From the NCBI GenBank assembly GCA_043228905.1, contig JBHGNT010000007.1, forward strand, positions 3,782,001-3,846,000: a DNA stretch of 64,000 nucleotides, written 5' to 3'. Below are positions 1 to 11,514 of the stretch, piece after piece. The DNA is from Azolla caroliniana (lineage: Eukaryota; Plantae; Polypodiophyta). The notes under the pieces are model-generated. The model was not told the DNA's origin, ran no database searches, and saw only the letters and a program-made list of their open reading frames with translations. The position numbers and the translations under genes are program-made. Every line of letters starts with the position of its first letter. Positions within the stretch are counted from its first letter, which is position 1.

Positions 1-1744
1 CCGAACATGTAATGAACCTATGTCTGGCATCTTCTTCAACCACTGTACAGAAAAAACATATCCCATTCGAAATATGTCTTCGTTTTAAAGTCATCGCCAA
101 AGGCAACCCACCAACTATGGCACACCAAAGAAACACCTTTGCACAAAATGGAAGATGAGACTGCCACCCTGTACTAAAACTCTACACTACCACTTTACAT
201 TTCTAGTAATGCTCCATGTATCCAACACCTTATTTGCTAACAAAGCTCTATCTTCAACCAACTTATGGTACACATAATTAGTGTGCACCACATAAATCGC
301 TTTCCCATTACCAAATGACCAATCTTTCCATGCTTCCTCGACCACCAACTCTAGAATTGGGGAAACTAATCTAGGCAATGCCAATATTGATTGCCAAATA
401 TACCCATATCCACGTGGTATATGAAACTTATTTCTGATTGTTCGAATGACTATCATTTTCCTATAAGGTGCACTTGGCTGATGGAAGAGTACAATACATC
501 AATGGGGCGATTTATTCATTAGGAATTTCTATTAATACTTATATAGAGGAAGTAGACTTCCATATAATGAATCTTTGTACCACTTATGTAATACTGGGTT
601 ATCCCTGGTTTTACAATAAAAACTCTTCTTTATCTATTGATTGGGTTCACCATTCCATTACCTTTGTATTGGACGATTGTACTTATTTTATTCTCCATCA
701 ATTGTTTCCTCTTCATCTTTCAATTGTTTCCTCTCCATCAATATCCGAGTTATCTTGTTCTTCTTTATTTTATTGTGTACTTGATCCGAACATTCACATT
801 TATAATATCGATAGTGCCTCGGGTCATTTACCATATTTTGAACAACTCAATGAATCTTAAATTATTTTCGTGATGTTTTTCCAAGTGAACTACCACATGG
901 GTTACCTCCTAAACGTAATATAGACCATCGTATAGATATTGTACTTGGCGTTGCACCAATAAGTATACCTCTGTATCGCTTAAGTCGATCTGAAGAGGAT
1001 GAGGTATCTAAGCAACTCACGAACTATTTACAAATGGGTTATATACGTTATAGTATATCTCCATGGGGTGCACCTATTCTCTTGGTAAAAAAGAAAGAGG
1101 GCACATGGCGTATGTGTATTAATTACCAACGCTTAAATAAAGTGACAATCAAGAATTAATATCCATTGCCCCAGGTTGACAATCTGATTAACTGTCTCCA
1201 AGGAGCTCGATATTTTACGAAACTTTATCTCTATATAGGCTACCATCAAATTCGTATAACTGAGGAAGATGTTCCTAAAACGGCATTTCGTGCATGCTAT
1301 GGCCATTATGAGTTTCTGGTCATGCCTTTCGTTTTGACCAATGCTCCGGCCACATTTCAACAAGAAATGAATTACATTTTCCGAGAACAATTTGGAAAAT
1401 TTGTCGTTATTTTCTTGGATGATATTCTAGTTTATAGTCGTACATTAGAAGAACATGCTAAACATGTCCGCTTCGTTTTACAAACATTGAGTGACAAGAA
1501 ATTCTATGCGAAGATCTCAAAATGCGAGTTCTTCAAGAAATCAATTACTTATCTTGGACATCTCATAACCAAACGAGTTGAAATTGATCCTTCTTGCATC
1601 GAGAAAGTCAAACTTTGGCCCACTCTTTGGAATATTTGAGAAGTTCGATCATTCCTTGGTTTTGTCAAGTTTTTGCGAAAATCTCTTCATAATTACTCCC
1701 AATTGACAACGTCATTTACTGATCTTCTCAAAGGTCAAACGCGT
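1..1744 (+). mobile_element. Degenerate Ty3/Gypsy pol fragment (aspartic protease + reverse transcriptase), cut at 1744 by the next element
   Basis: Protease-like LADG...VILGYPWF (468-860). RT motifs [52 protein letters not shown] (~1060-1639). Stops and frameshifts present. No continuation found later in the window. Confidence 0.9.
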
Positions 1745-2357
1745 TGTTGTGCCTTTCGGCATCAGATCGTTTGCGTGAGTCGGGCGGCAACCACTAGGGT
1801 TTTGGACTAAGAGGAGAATTTTTTTAGACAGATAGGAATGTTAATAGATTGTAAGAAAGAGATATAGAAACCTTGTGAATCCCATGAGTGTATTGTATTA
1901 GATTAATCGACCCTTATGAAAAAAATCAACAAAACATTACAATTTGCTCCCCCACCCTTATATATTGATGGGAAAGACTAAGTATATCTTACTACATGCA
2001 AACATGATGCTTTTTCTCTAACTCGAGTGTTCATGCACACTAGATGTACATGAATAACTTCCTTTATCATACTTTTTCTTTTAGCTCGAGTTATTATGCA
2101 TGAATAACTTTGGTTATCTAGAATATTTCATGGGATGAACTTTTGTATAACTAGAATAAAGTGTCTATAATTTTAATATCATAATGTGTTAGTACAATGG
2201 TAAGGCTATTGAAATTGGCAACATGGATGTACAGGGTTCAAATCTTGCCCTATGCATGTAACATAATTATTTTAGTATTCTCTCCTATTTCTTTATACTT
2301 AGTCAATCAGGTACTCTGTATATATATTTCACGTAGTATACAAAATATACCACGACA
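1745..2357 (-). repeat. 3' LTR of the minus-strand Gypsy (~613 bp)
   Basis: Termini TGTTGTG...CACGACA (imperfect inverted repeat). Adjacent polypurine tract (minus strand AAAGGGGGTGAA, 2358-2369). Confidence 0.75.
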
Positions 2358-2650
2358 TTCACCCCCTTTGAACCTGCACATCCTCCTATATATGCCGAAA
2401 TTGCAAGTACTCGTTAACTTTCTTCATCCGTTGCACTCTCTAATTCTCCCACTATGTTGACTATTAATTTAGGCTCACTTTCTTCGCTTCCCGCTTCTTC
2501 ATGATCCATATCTACTTGCTCCTCAGTGTCGGCGTTGCGTAAAGTTACGTAGGGTTTGACGTCACTTCGCTTCTTGAAAATCTTCACCCGCTTCCCTGCC
2601 ATAGGCACTCGAAGTATCGTTCCATCTGGCTCACTTAGACGGTAAGTTCC

Positions 2651-5600
2651 TGTTAAGAATTAAGTAATTAAGTACGGGGTAATTAGTACCTAATTATGTG
2701 ATTCAACTAAGCAGAAGATTATGTGATATGTGTGTGTATGTGTGTGAGAGGAAGAGAGGGAGGAAGCTACACTTATGAACAACCCAAGATGGGGGATGAT
2801 TAACTCTATATTAAATTAGCATCATCATCATCAAATACAAAAATACTCACAATGAGGTATATATACATTTCATGTGCAAAGATGCACATGTGTAAGTAGA
2901 ATATAAGTATTACGGTGTAAGTCCTATATTAAATGTACTTAGGAGTGGAGCATCTAGAATATCCCACTTAAGTACAAGGTCCTATTTAAGGCGTTATAGT
3001 CAACACTCCTAACTAGATTCTATCTTGGTAACTACGAAGTTACATGGTTGACTAAATAACGAAACTAAGTTGAGCTTGATCTCTCAACACGCCCCCCTCA
3101 AGCTCAAGTGTGAGGCGTCCGACATCTGCTTTGGTTTTCGTCAACTTCGTATGCTTCCGTCCGATCTTCGGCTTTCTTCGGCCTTTTTGAGGCAATCTCG
3201 GTTCCTCCCCCTCAAGCCGGTGACAAAGGATTGTAGTGTGTGGACGAAGGCCGACTACTTCCACCCATCGTGGGTTACAAGCCACTTCTTTAGAGCTCTC
3301 GAACTCTTGTTCGGCCGCCACCTTCATCGCGAAGGCATAATGATGAGCCATGTACTCGTTGTAGCCGACGGGATTCTTCTCCTTAGAAGAGCGTCAAAGT
3401 TTTTCGCTCGCCGATGTGAGCGCCTTCTTTACTCCGGGTGTCTGCATGATGGGTACACCAAACTCATTGTCTAGTGAGCAAACTGACACATCCAAATCAC
3501 TGGTTTCAGCATGGTCGACTTCGTATTCGGGCATCTTACCTTTGCCTTTGTCCAAGTGCAGACTTGGTCGTGATGTGCTTGGGTCACACGGGGGCTCTTG
3601 TGGCCCACTAAGCCTTGTCGTAATCCGACTTTCTTCAAACATGTGTTCTAAGCGATCTCGTCTTCTACCTCTTGTTCGGCGGATTCCAAGTCGAGCGGAG
3701 TCGGAGGCAAAGTTATCTCTAGTGCGTACCAGGATGCGGACTCATTGAAGACTACGTCTCGACTTACCCGAACCACTCAGGTAGAAGGGCTATAGCACTT
3801 GTATGCCTTCTTCTCGGACGAGTATCCTACAAGGATACATTTAGCCGACTTCGTGTCGGGCTTCTCTCGGTTTTCATTCAGGATGCGTACATTCACAATG
3901 CTTCCGAACACCTTGAGGTGCGACAGGATCGGCTTCCTTCCGATGAGGAGCTCGTATGGAGTTAGCTCATGCACTCCATTAGTGGTGCACCGGTTCATGA
4001 GATAGACGGTCGTGAATGCCGCGTCGGCCCAATAGAAGTTCAGCATGTGCTTCTCATGTAACATGGCCCGTACTACCTCGAGTATTTGCCGATTCTTCCG
4101 TTCAGCGACTCCATTTTGTTGGGGTGTGTGTCAACATGAGAATTCTCTCCGAATGCCTTCACTTTGGAGGTAGGAGGTGAATTCATCGGAGAAGTACTCC
4201 TTGCCTCCATCCGATCGTAGACATCAAATGTGCCGACCGGTTTCTTTTTCGACTTGCCCTTGAGCTTTTGGAAGTGGGAGAACACTTCGCTCTTCTTCTT
4301 CATCAGGAAGATCCACGCGTAGCGCGAGTAGTCGTCGATGAAGGTGACGTAGAATCAGCATCCGCCGATCGTCGGCATTTGAGCCGGTTCCCATACATCT
4401 TAGTGTATGATGTCAAGGAGGCCTTTGCTTGTGTGGCTCTCCTTCGAGAATGGGAGTCGATGTTGTTTGCCGAGTTGGCATGCTTCGCATACTCGGTTGA
4501 CTCGTTTCAACTCGAATGCCGGAAGTCCGATGACGACTCCCTTTGATTGCATTGCTCGAAGCCGTTGGTCGTTTATGTGGCCAATTCTTTTGTGCCAAAA
4601 CTCAATGCTTGACTTGGTTTTGAGACCTTTGGCATACATTGCCGATTTCACCTCGTTCAAATCAAGGATGAACATTCGACTGTCTCTCCGTCCCTTGGCT
4701 ATGAGTCGGCCATCTTTCTCGATGAAACAACCTTCATTATTGAAGTGGACTTGCATGCCTTGCTCCACGATTTTGCCAACTGAGACCAAATTCTTCGTTA
4801 TTGTGGGCACGTGCAAGACATTCTTGATGCAAGTTTGCTCGCCTTCTTTCGCAAATGGGACATTGCCGATGTGCCGAATGGGACGTGTGGTGTCGTCTCC
4901 CATCTCTATGAAGCCGGGTTGATCTAGTGTATGCAAGTCATTGAACCACTCTTTGTGAAATGTCATGACATTGTGATGTGAGGTGCCGGAATCAACGAAC
5001 CACGCGTCTTCCGAATTGGAGGTCTTTGCAGAGTCGGAGGCTGACATAGACTTCGCTCTATGCCTCATTACGAATAGTCCGCCGTAGTCGTCGTATTTGG
5101 AGTTGGGGGCGTAATTCGTGAGTTGTCAACTTGTTGAAGCCGACTCGCTTCTTCTTTTTCGGCACTCCTCCTCGCGGTGGCCAATTTTTCCGCAATAGTT
5201 GCAAGTTGCGGACCTCATTTTCCGGCCTTGTTCGGCATGGAAGCTCCCCCTGCTTCCGAAGTTTCCATGATGGCTTCCGTGAAGGTTTGAGTTCCCTTCG
5301 TGTGATGGGTTGAATTGACGTCTTCTACTGTCATGACCTCGTCCTCAGCCACCGTCCAAACTTCAGAAGAACATTTGTCCTTCTGACGTCTTCGCCTTAG
5401 TTCGGGCGTGGTTCTCTTCGACCAATAACATTGATTGGAGATCAAAGAACAAATGAGGGTTTTCCCTTGCCAAGATTGCCACCCTCAATGAGTCAAATCA
5501 TTGTGCAAGGCCGCCCAAGCATACTTGAACCATCTCGTCTTCATCAACATTTATGTTGATGGAACCAAACGAGTCGTAAATGCTCTTGATCGTGGCGGTG

Positions 5601-6583
5601 TAGTTCGACACAGACATGTCTTTTTGCCGAATGTTGTTCAACTCTTGTCAGAGTTGAAGCTTTCAGGCGGTTGCGTTGGCGGCGAACATTTTCTTTAAGT
5701 TCTCCCATGCCTCTTTGGGCGTCTTGGCATCTCGAATGTGGCTAAGCATGTGGTTGTGGACACATGTTGCCAAGCAATACATGACTCGACTCGCCACTTG
5801 CTCCCATGTTGAGTAGTCGGCATTCTTTGGGTTGGGTCGATTTTCTTGAGCGTCGTTGATGTAGGTCTAATACCCTTGGCCGACTAGGTATTGGTTCATC
5901 TTGTACTCCCAAGATGAATAATTGCTCCAGTATAGCTTTTCACTAGGGAGCGAACTACCAATTTGTGTGTTCATTTTGATGTAGCGTCTTCTCTTCTTTT
6001 TCTTTTCTTCCTTCAATCACGTACACGTGCTACGTAGCGGCACTATGGTAGCGGATAGCTGGATTTTGTCATCGGCGTCTCGAACACACAATCACGGAGT
6101 CTGGTGGGCTTAGTGGATGTGCTAAACCACACGCTTTGATACCATGTTAAGAATTAGGTAATTAACTATGGGTTAATTAGTACCTAATTATGTGATTAAG
6201 CTAAGCGGAAGATTATGTGGTATGTGTGTGTATGTGTGTGAGAGGAAGAGAGGAAGGAAGTTACACTTATGAACAACACAAGGTGGGGGATGATTAACTC
6301 TATATTAAGTTAGCATCATCATCATCAAATACAAAAATACCCACAATGAGGTATATATACATCTCATGTGCAAAGGTGCACATGTGTGAGTAGAATATAG
6401 GTACTAAGGTGTAATTCCTATATTAAATGTACTTAGGAGTGGAGGATCTAGAATATCCCACTTTAGTACAAGGTCTTATTTAAGGCGTTATAGTCAACAC
6501 TCCTAACTAGATTTTGTTTAGGTAACTACGAAGTTACATGGTTGACTAAATAACTAAACTAAGTTGAGCTTGATCTCTCAACA
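2651..6583 (-). mobile_element. Non-autonomous Ty1/Copia LTR retrotransposon (Copia-A): gag-PR-IN present, RT/RNase H deleted
   Basis: 439-bp LTRs at 2651-3089 and 6145-6583 (TG...CA, about 29 mismatches by eye). TSD GTTCC at 2646-2650 and 6584-6588. PBS TGGTATCAAAGC (tRNA-Met) at 6133-6144; PPT at 3090-3099. Motifs WFVDSGTSHH, WHKRIGH, CEACQLGKQ, KCILVGY. Confidence 0.95.
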
Positions 6584-9047
6584 GTTCCGTTGTCGAATGC
6601 TTTTCGAACCTCGTATGGTCCAAACCACCTTTGAGTGAATTTCCGTATCGTTGGATGTTGATGATCCAAACTACAGCCATAGACAATCACCCAATCGCCT
6701 GCTTCAATCTTCCATGGTTGTAGACGGTGCTTTGTGTCGAATCGACTTTTGTTCCGGAATGCGCTTCTTGTTGTCAACGTATCGCTTCCACTACGTCTTC
6801 CAGTCTTCCTTCTAACAATCGTATCCAGACCTCGAGTAATTCTTCCCGGCTCATTTCTTCCTTCCACGGTAGCACTGTCCATGTCGCAATTGCGATTTCC
6901 GTAGGCATTACCAGAGCTTGTCCGGTCATAAGTTCCACTAGCATATAACCGGTCACAGAACTATGCATTGTGCGATCCGCCCATAGTGCATACAGAAGCA
7001 TCTGTGGCCAATTCTTCATCTTTTTGTCACATGCTTTTGCAAGTGCTTTTACGATTGGACTATGTCCTCGTTCGATCTTCCCATTTGCTTCTGGATTGTA
7101 TGTCGTGGTTAGTGTCAACCGAACTCCATATTTGGCAAAGAATTCCTTGGCCTGATCAGAGTCAAGATCTCCCCGATCCACAATCACTTGTCCTACACAG
7201 TCGTACCTGTAGAACACTTCTTCCAAGACAAATTGGCATACTACAGAACATGTTTTCCTTCATAGCACCCGACCTTCTACTTGGTTCGTCAGGTCCTCCT
7301 GAGCTAGCACCAAGTACTTCTTTTGTCTGATCCCGGTTGTTGGCGACGATGTCGACCATCCATTTAAAGTTGATTGTCGGTGATAATGTCGGATGTAATT
7401 CATCTCGATGTTGAACTCTGGAGTAGATTTGACATTTCTCGTAGCTTTCGGCGAACTCTGTGACATCCTTGTACATATTCTTCCACCAATATTTTTGTTT
7501 GATCTTTGCAAATGTTGCTCATGTTCCCCGATGTCCAGCCTAATTGGATTCGCGAAATTCGGATATTACTTGTTTTTGTTGTTCCATTGTGCCAACTACC
7601 CCGATTGGTATACCATCTAGTCTTTTCAGCTCCCTCCAGATTAATCCATTGTTCAAGAAGAACTTCCGGACTTGTCGTTTCTTCTATTGGATCTCAGCTC
7701 TCTTTTCTTTATTATCCAATGATTCCCCGATTTCTTGTAGCACTTCCTGGAACTCCCGAATTACGTTTGCCTAGCATATGTGCTCCGAAGTAAAGTAATC
7801 TTTGGAAACTTCTTCATTATCCGATTCGACTATGTTATCTTCGAACCGGGTCCTTGATAACATATCCGCTACCGCATTGTCTTTTCGAGAGATGTGTCGT
7901 ACCTCCGGATTAAGTGACTTTACGTATGCAATCCATCTTAGCATAGGCACATCCGGTACCGTGCAACATCGCATCATCGCTACTTTGGCTCCGATCAAAT
8001 AATTTTGATCCAATTTTAATGCTGACACGGCTCCCCATAGTTCTCTTTTAACTTGTGCATATCCACATTGCCTTTCGTTGAGAACCTTTGCTCTAAATCG
8101 AATCGGGTATCATGAACCATTTGAGTCGACTTGGTTGATGACCCATCCGATCCCGGTTGGACTTGTATCAACCGTTACTATGATCGGTCGGTCATAGTTC
8201 GGCTTCTTAAGTGCTTCTCCCTCCGTAGTGTTTTCTTGAGCTTCCTCATGGCTTTGGTATGTTCCGGTCTCCATTCGAACTTCTTACCCTTCCGCAACAA
8301 GTGATAGAGTGGGTTCGCAATGTGTGCATAATGCGAAATCCATATGTGATAAAATGCACATGCACCAAGAAACCTACAGACTTAGGATTGTGACTCGCAT
8401 ATTTCTTTCATAGCTTGAATCACATCGATCTTGACTGGTGACAGTCTCCAACCGTAGGGTCCACATAGATGCCCGACTATCAATATCTCTTCTTGTCCGA
8501 ATGTCGATTTCTCTCCGGAGAGTGTTAGGTGCACATCTTCCTAGCTTTTGTAGCACTTTCTCACAATCGTGAATATGGTCGACTACAAACTTTTGGCATC
8601 CCCAATCATCCATATTCTCATCCTTTTCTTCCACCGCACATCCTTTCATCATAATGTCATCTAGGAACGACATTGTTATCTCCGAGATACAACCTCGGAA
8701 CACCTTGTTCATCGCATTCATCATATGTGCAACCGAGTTCGTCACTCCTTGTGGTAGTGTACAGATCCGGACTAATCCTATCGATGTCCGCATTGTAGTG
8801 ATATTTCGGCTCTCCACGGCTAGTTGGAATTGGTCATACCTAGAGTATAGGTCTCTAATGGAGTATATTGTGCATCCGGCAAACGCTTCCGCAAATTCAT
8901 CCACAATCATACCGACTCCAGAGTTCCAGATCGCAACCTTGTTCACCGGTTGCAAATCTTGAATGAACCGGAGTGACCCATTCTTCTTCGGAACCGTAAA
9001 CCATCAATTTGAGTACGGAACATTTGATGGCTCTAGAATCCCCATCG

Positions 9048-9615
9048 CCATCTTCTCCTTGAGGAAGCCAATGATTTTCGGAATATGCGCCCGTGGCACC
9101 GAAATCGGCTTCAGGTTCCACATCACATGTTCAACCGTGAAGATCATCATCATCTCCATTATCTTCGAATCGACGCGCCCTATCTCTCTTGATGTGAATT
9201 CAAATGCTTTTCCATGATGCTCCAACATCGCACGAAATTGTTCTTCTTCATTTGGTAAGAGGAACCCATCTCAACCGATCCAGAGTTTCTTCCGGGTCTC
9301 ATTCGTGAAGGTATGTCCGATATCCACGGACTCCATCTTCTCCTTGAGCAAGTCAATGATTTTCGGAATATGCGCCCGTGGCACCGGAATCGGCTTCAGG
9401 TTCCATGGCACATGTTCAATCGTGAAGATCATCATCGGCTCCACTATCTTCGGATCGACGCACCCTATCTCTCTTGATGAATTCAAATGCTTTTCCATGC
9501 TGCTCCAACATCACACGAAATTGTTCTTCTTCATTCGGTAAGAGGAACCCATCTCAACCGATCCAGAGTTTCTTCCGGATCTCATTCGTGAAGGTATGTC
9601 CGATATCCACAGACT
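9048..9615. repeat. Tandem duplication (~285 bp x2) inside the Gypsy pol, upstream of the RT core
   Basis: 9048-9332 matches 9333-9615 (ORFs 9004-9228 and 9271-9498 give near-identical peptides, e.g. WNLKPI.VPRAHIPKII..LKEKM). Confidence 0.9.
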
Positions 9616-9676
9616 TTTGAAGTGTCAGATCTCTGGAGACTTCTTTCCTCTTTTGTTCACTATTGGCGGGTAACGG

Positions 9677-10810
9677 TGTCGTGAAGATCCGTCACTATGT
9701 GCGGATCGTGAGGCGGAACCGCCAAGGTTCTGGACCAGAAGGACTCGAAGCACTAGCTTTAGCGAGAAAGGATTTAAGATAGATTGAGAGAGAGATTAAG
9801 ATTCCAATTTTGAAACAGATTCAGAACGATTGAAATAGAAAGAGAGATTAAGATTGAACTCTTGACTTTAGATTTGAAGAACAAGATATATCATCAAAAG
9901 TATAACGAATTTTCTTCTTAATATTAATTTTGATATAAAGTACAAAGTTTGCTTAATTAATACCTTCCCCACTTGCTTGATTCATCCACTCTTTTATAGA
10001 TGCCCCCATGCATATGGTGCATGTGAGGGTGCAAGACATGCACGAAATGCATTGCTTGCCATGTCATTATCTAAGCTCTCATGTATGAGAATTACATGTA
10101 AAACTATAGTAATAAAAAATATATCCCTAAAGAAATTATTTGGCTTAATGGTAAGCCTATAGACTCTCAACTTGTAGGTGCAATGTTCAAGTCTTGCATA
10201 CATCCCATTTTTAAGCACAAAAGCCTATTAGGCTTTTCGTCTTGTAATTACACCAAATATCTTTAAGACACCATGCACCGCGATCGACCGATCCGTCCGA
10301 TTTGCACCCAGCCGATCATCGCATCCCTAGCTGGTTCCTTCACCGGTCACCGAATGCCAGCCAACGAGGCCACGGCTGCCGCCGATCCGGTTTTGTTTGG
10401 CCAAAACCTTTGCATGTAGCTAGGCCACACCCATTCATTTGATTAACTTAGTTCAAGTCTCAATGAACTCTCTATGCTCCACACATAAACACAAAATAAT
10501 AGCTTTTGGCTTTGCTTTATATATTGTAGGATCCTTGTTTGTCCTATCTATGTGGGACATCTCACAGGTTTGTTTTCCTCTTCTTCTTCTCAAACTTCAC
10601 ACTCACATAACTTGACATTTAGTTGTCCGTTTCAAATGTAATAAAGTACATCCGGAAGCTCTTGGAGACCTCCATCTTCCCGTACCAGGATATTAAGTTA
10701 ATCTAAAATAATATCTTCTCTATTATTGTTTAATGTCTCGTGTGAAGAACCACACTCGATTTTGTACATTCCATGCAATTTTCACACCGTTGCCGAAAAT
10801 CTTCACGACA
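9677..10810. mobile_element. Solo LTR (1134 bp) inserted in the Gypsy pol
   Basis: Perfect 12-bp terminal inverted repeat TGTCGTGAAGAT...ATCTTCACGACA. Flanked by ACGG on both sides. Removing it plus one ACGG restores host codons GCG GGA CCG TTA CCC GCC. Confidence 0.85.
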
Positions 10811-11461
10811 ACGGTCCCGCATACGGTTTCGCCTTCTTTTCTACGGTCTTGTATATTGTACACACACCATTGCATCTTCTTTGCAGAGCACATCTAGCCC
10901 CATTTCCGCAATGATCTCGTACATCTCGACCGATTCCATTGGAACTACGTGATCTTCTTGGTTATTCTATTCCACAAGCTCTTCAAGTCGTTGTAGTGTG
11001 CTCCCATAGAACACTTCTTCGACTACTCCCATAGAACATTGGATTATGTCGTACACTTTGTTGAAGAAGACATTCATTCATTCAATAACAAGATCTATAT
11101 GTAAAGGAAGGTAAAATGAAGATGTTGTTTTGTACTTACAACAATGAGGACATAGGATATGATGGAATATTATAAAATAAACTTAAAGAATACAAAAGAG
11201 GAATTGACTTGGTGGAGAGACTTCAATATGTTCAAATACAACTTGGTTAGTATAGGAATATTAAACGAACTAGATTATTTGCATATGATTTGACAATTGT
11301 AACAATGGTGGACATTTAGTCAATTATTGGATTAGTGAATCTCACATATGATCCAAATGTGATAACTACATGTTGGATGAAAGCAATTGTAAAGTTTCAA
11401 CCATTTGCCTAATGAGATGAATCCAAGTATATACATATATCTCTATCTATCTATCTATTTA

Positions 11462-11463
<2 letters not shown>

Positions 11464-11512
<49 letters not shown>
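11464..11512. repeat. (TG)n microsatellite
   Basis: About 24 uninterrupted TG units. Confidence 0.98.

Positions 11513-11514
<2 letters not shown>

Larger units (their letters stand above)
1745..11060 (-). mobile_element. Degenerate Ty3/Gypsy element (3' LTR + PPT, integrase, RNase H, RT; 5' part missing), split by a Copia and a solo LTR
   Basis: Integrase YNPEANGKIERGH / ALWADR / WFGPYEV (6600-7500), RNase H NAVADMLSR (~7860), RT LPQGVTNS / FLDDI (8374-9050). The reading frame resumes across both nested inserts (…DNGT|YRLSEPDG; AGP|LPANSEQ). Right boundary approximate. Confidence 0.85.

Noticed and set aside
9677-10270. Shorter LTR ending at CTTTAAGACA
   Set aside because: No TSD; the 10810 end gives a perfect inverted repeat, a TSD and host frame restoration.
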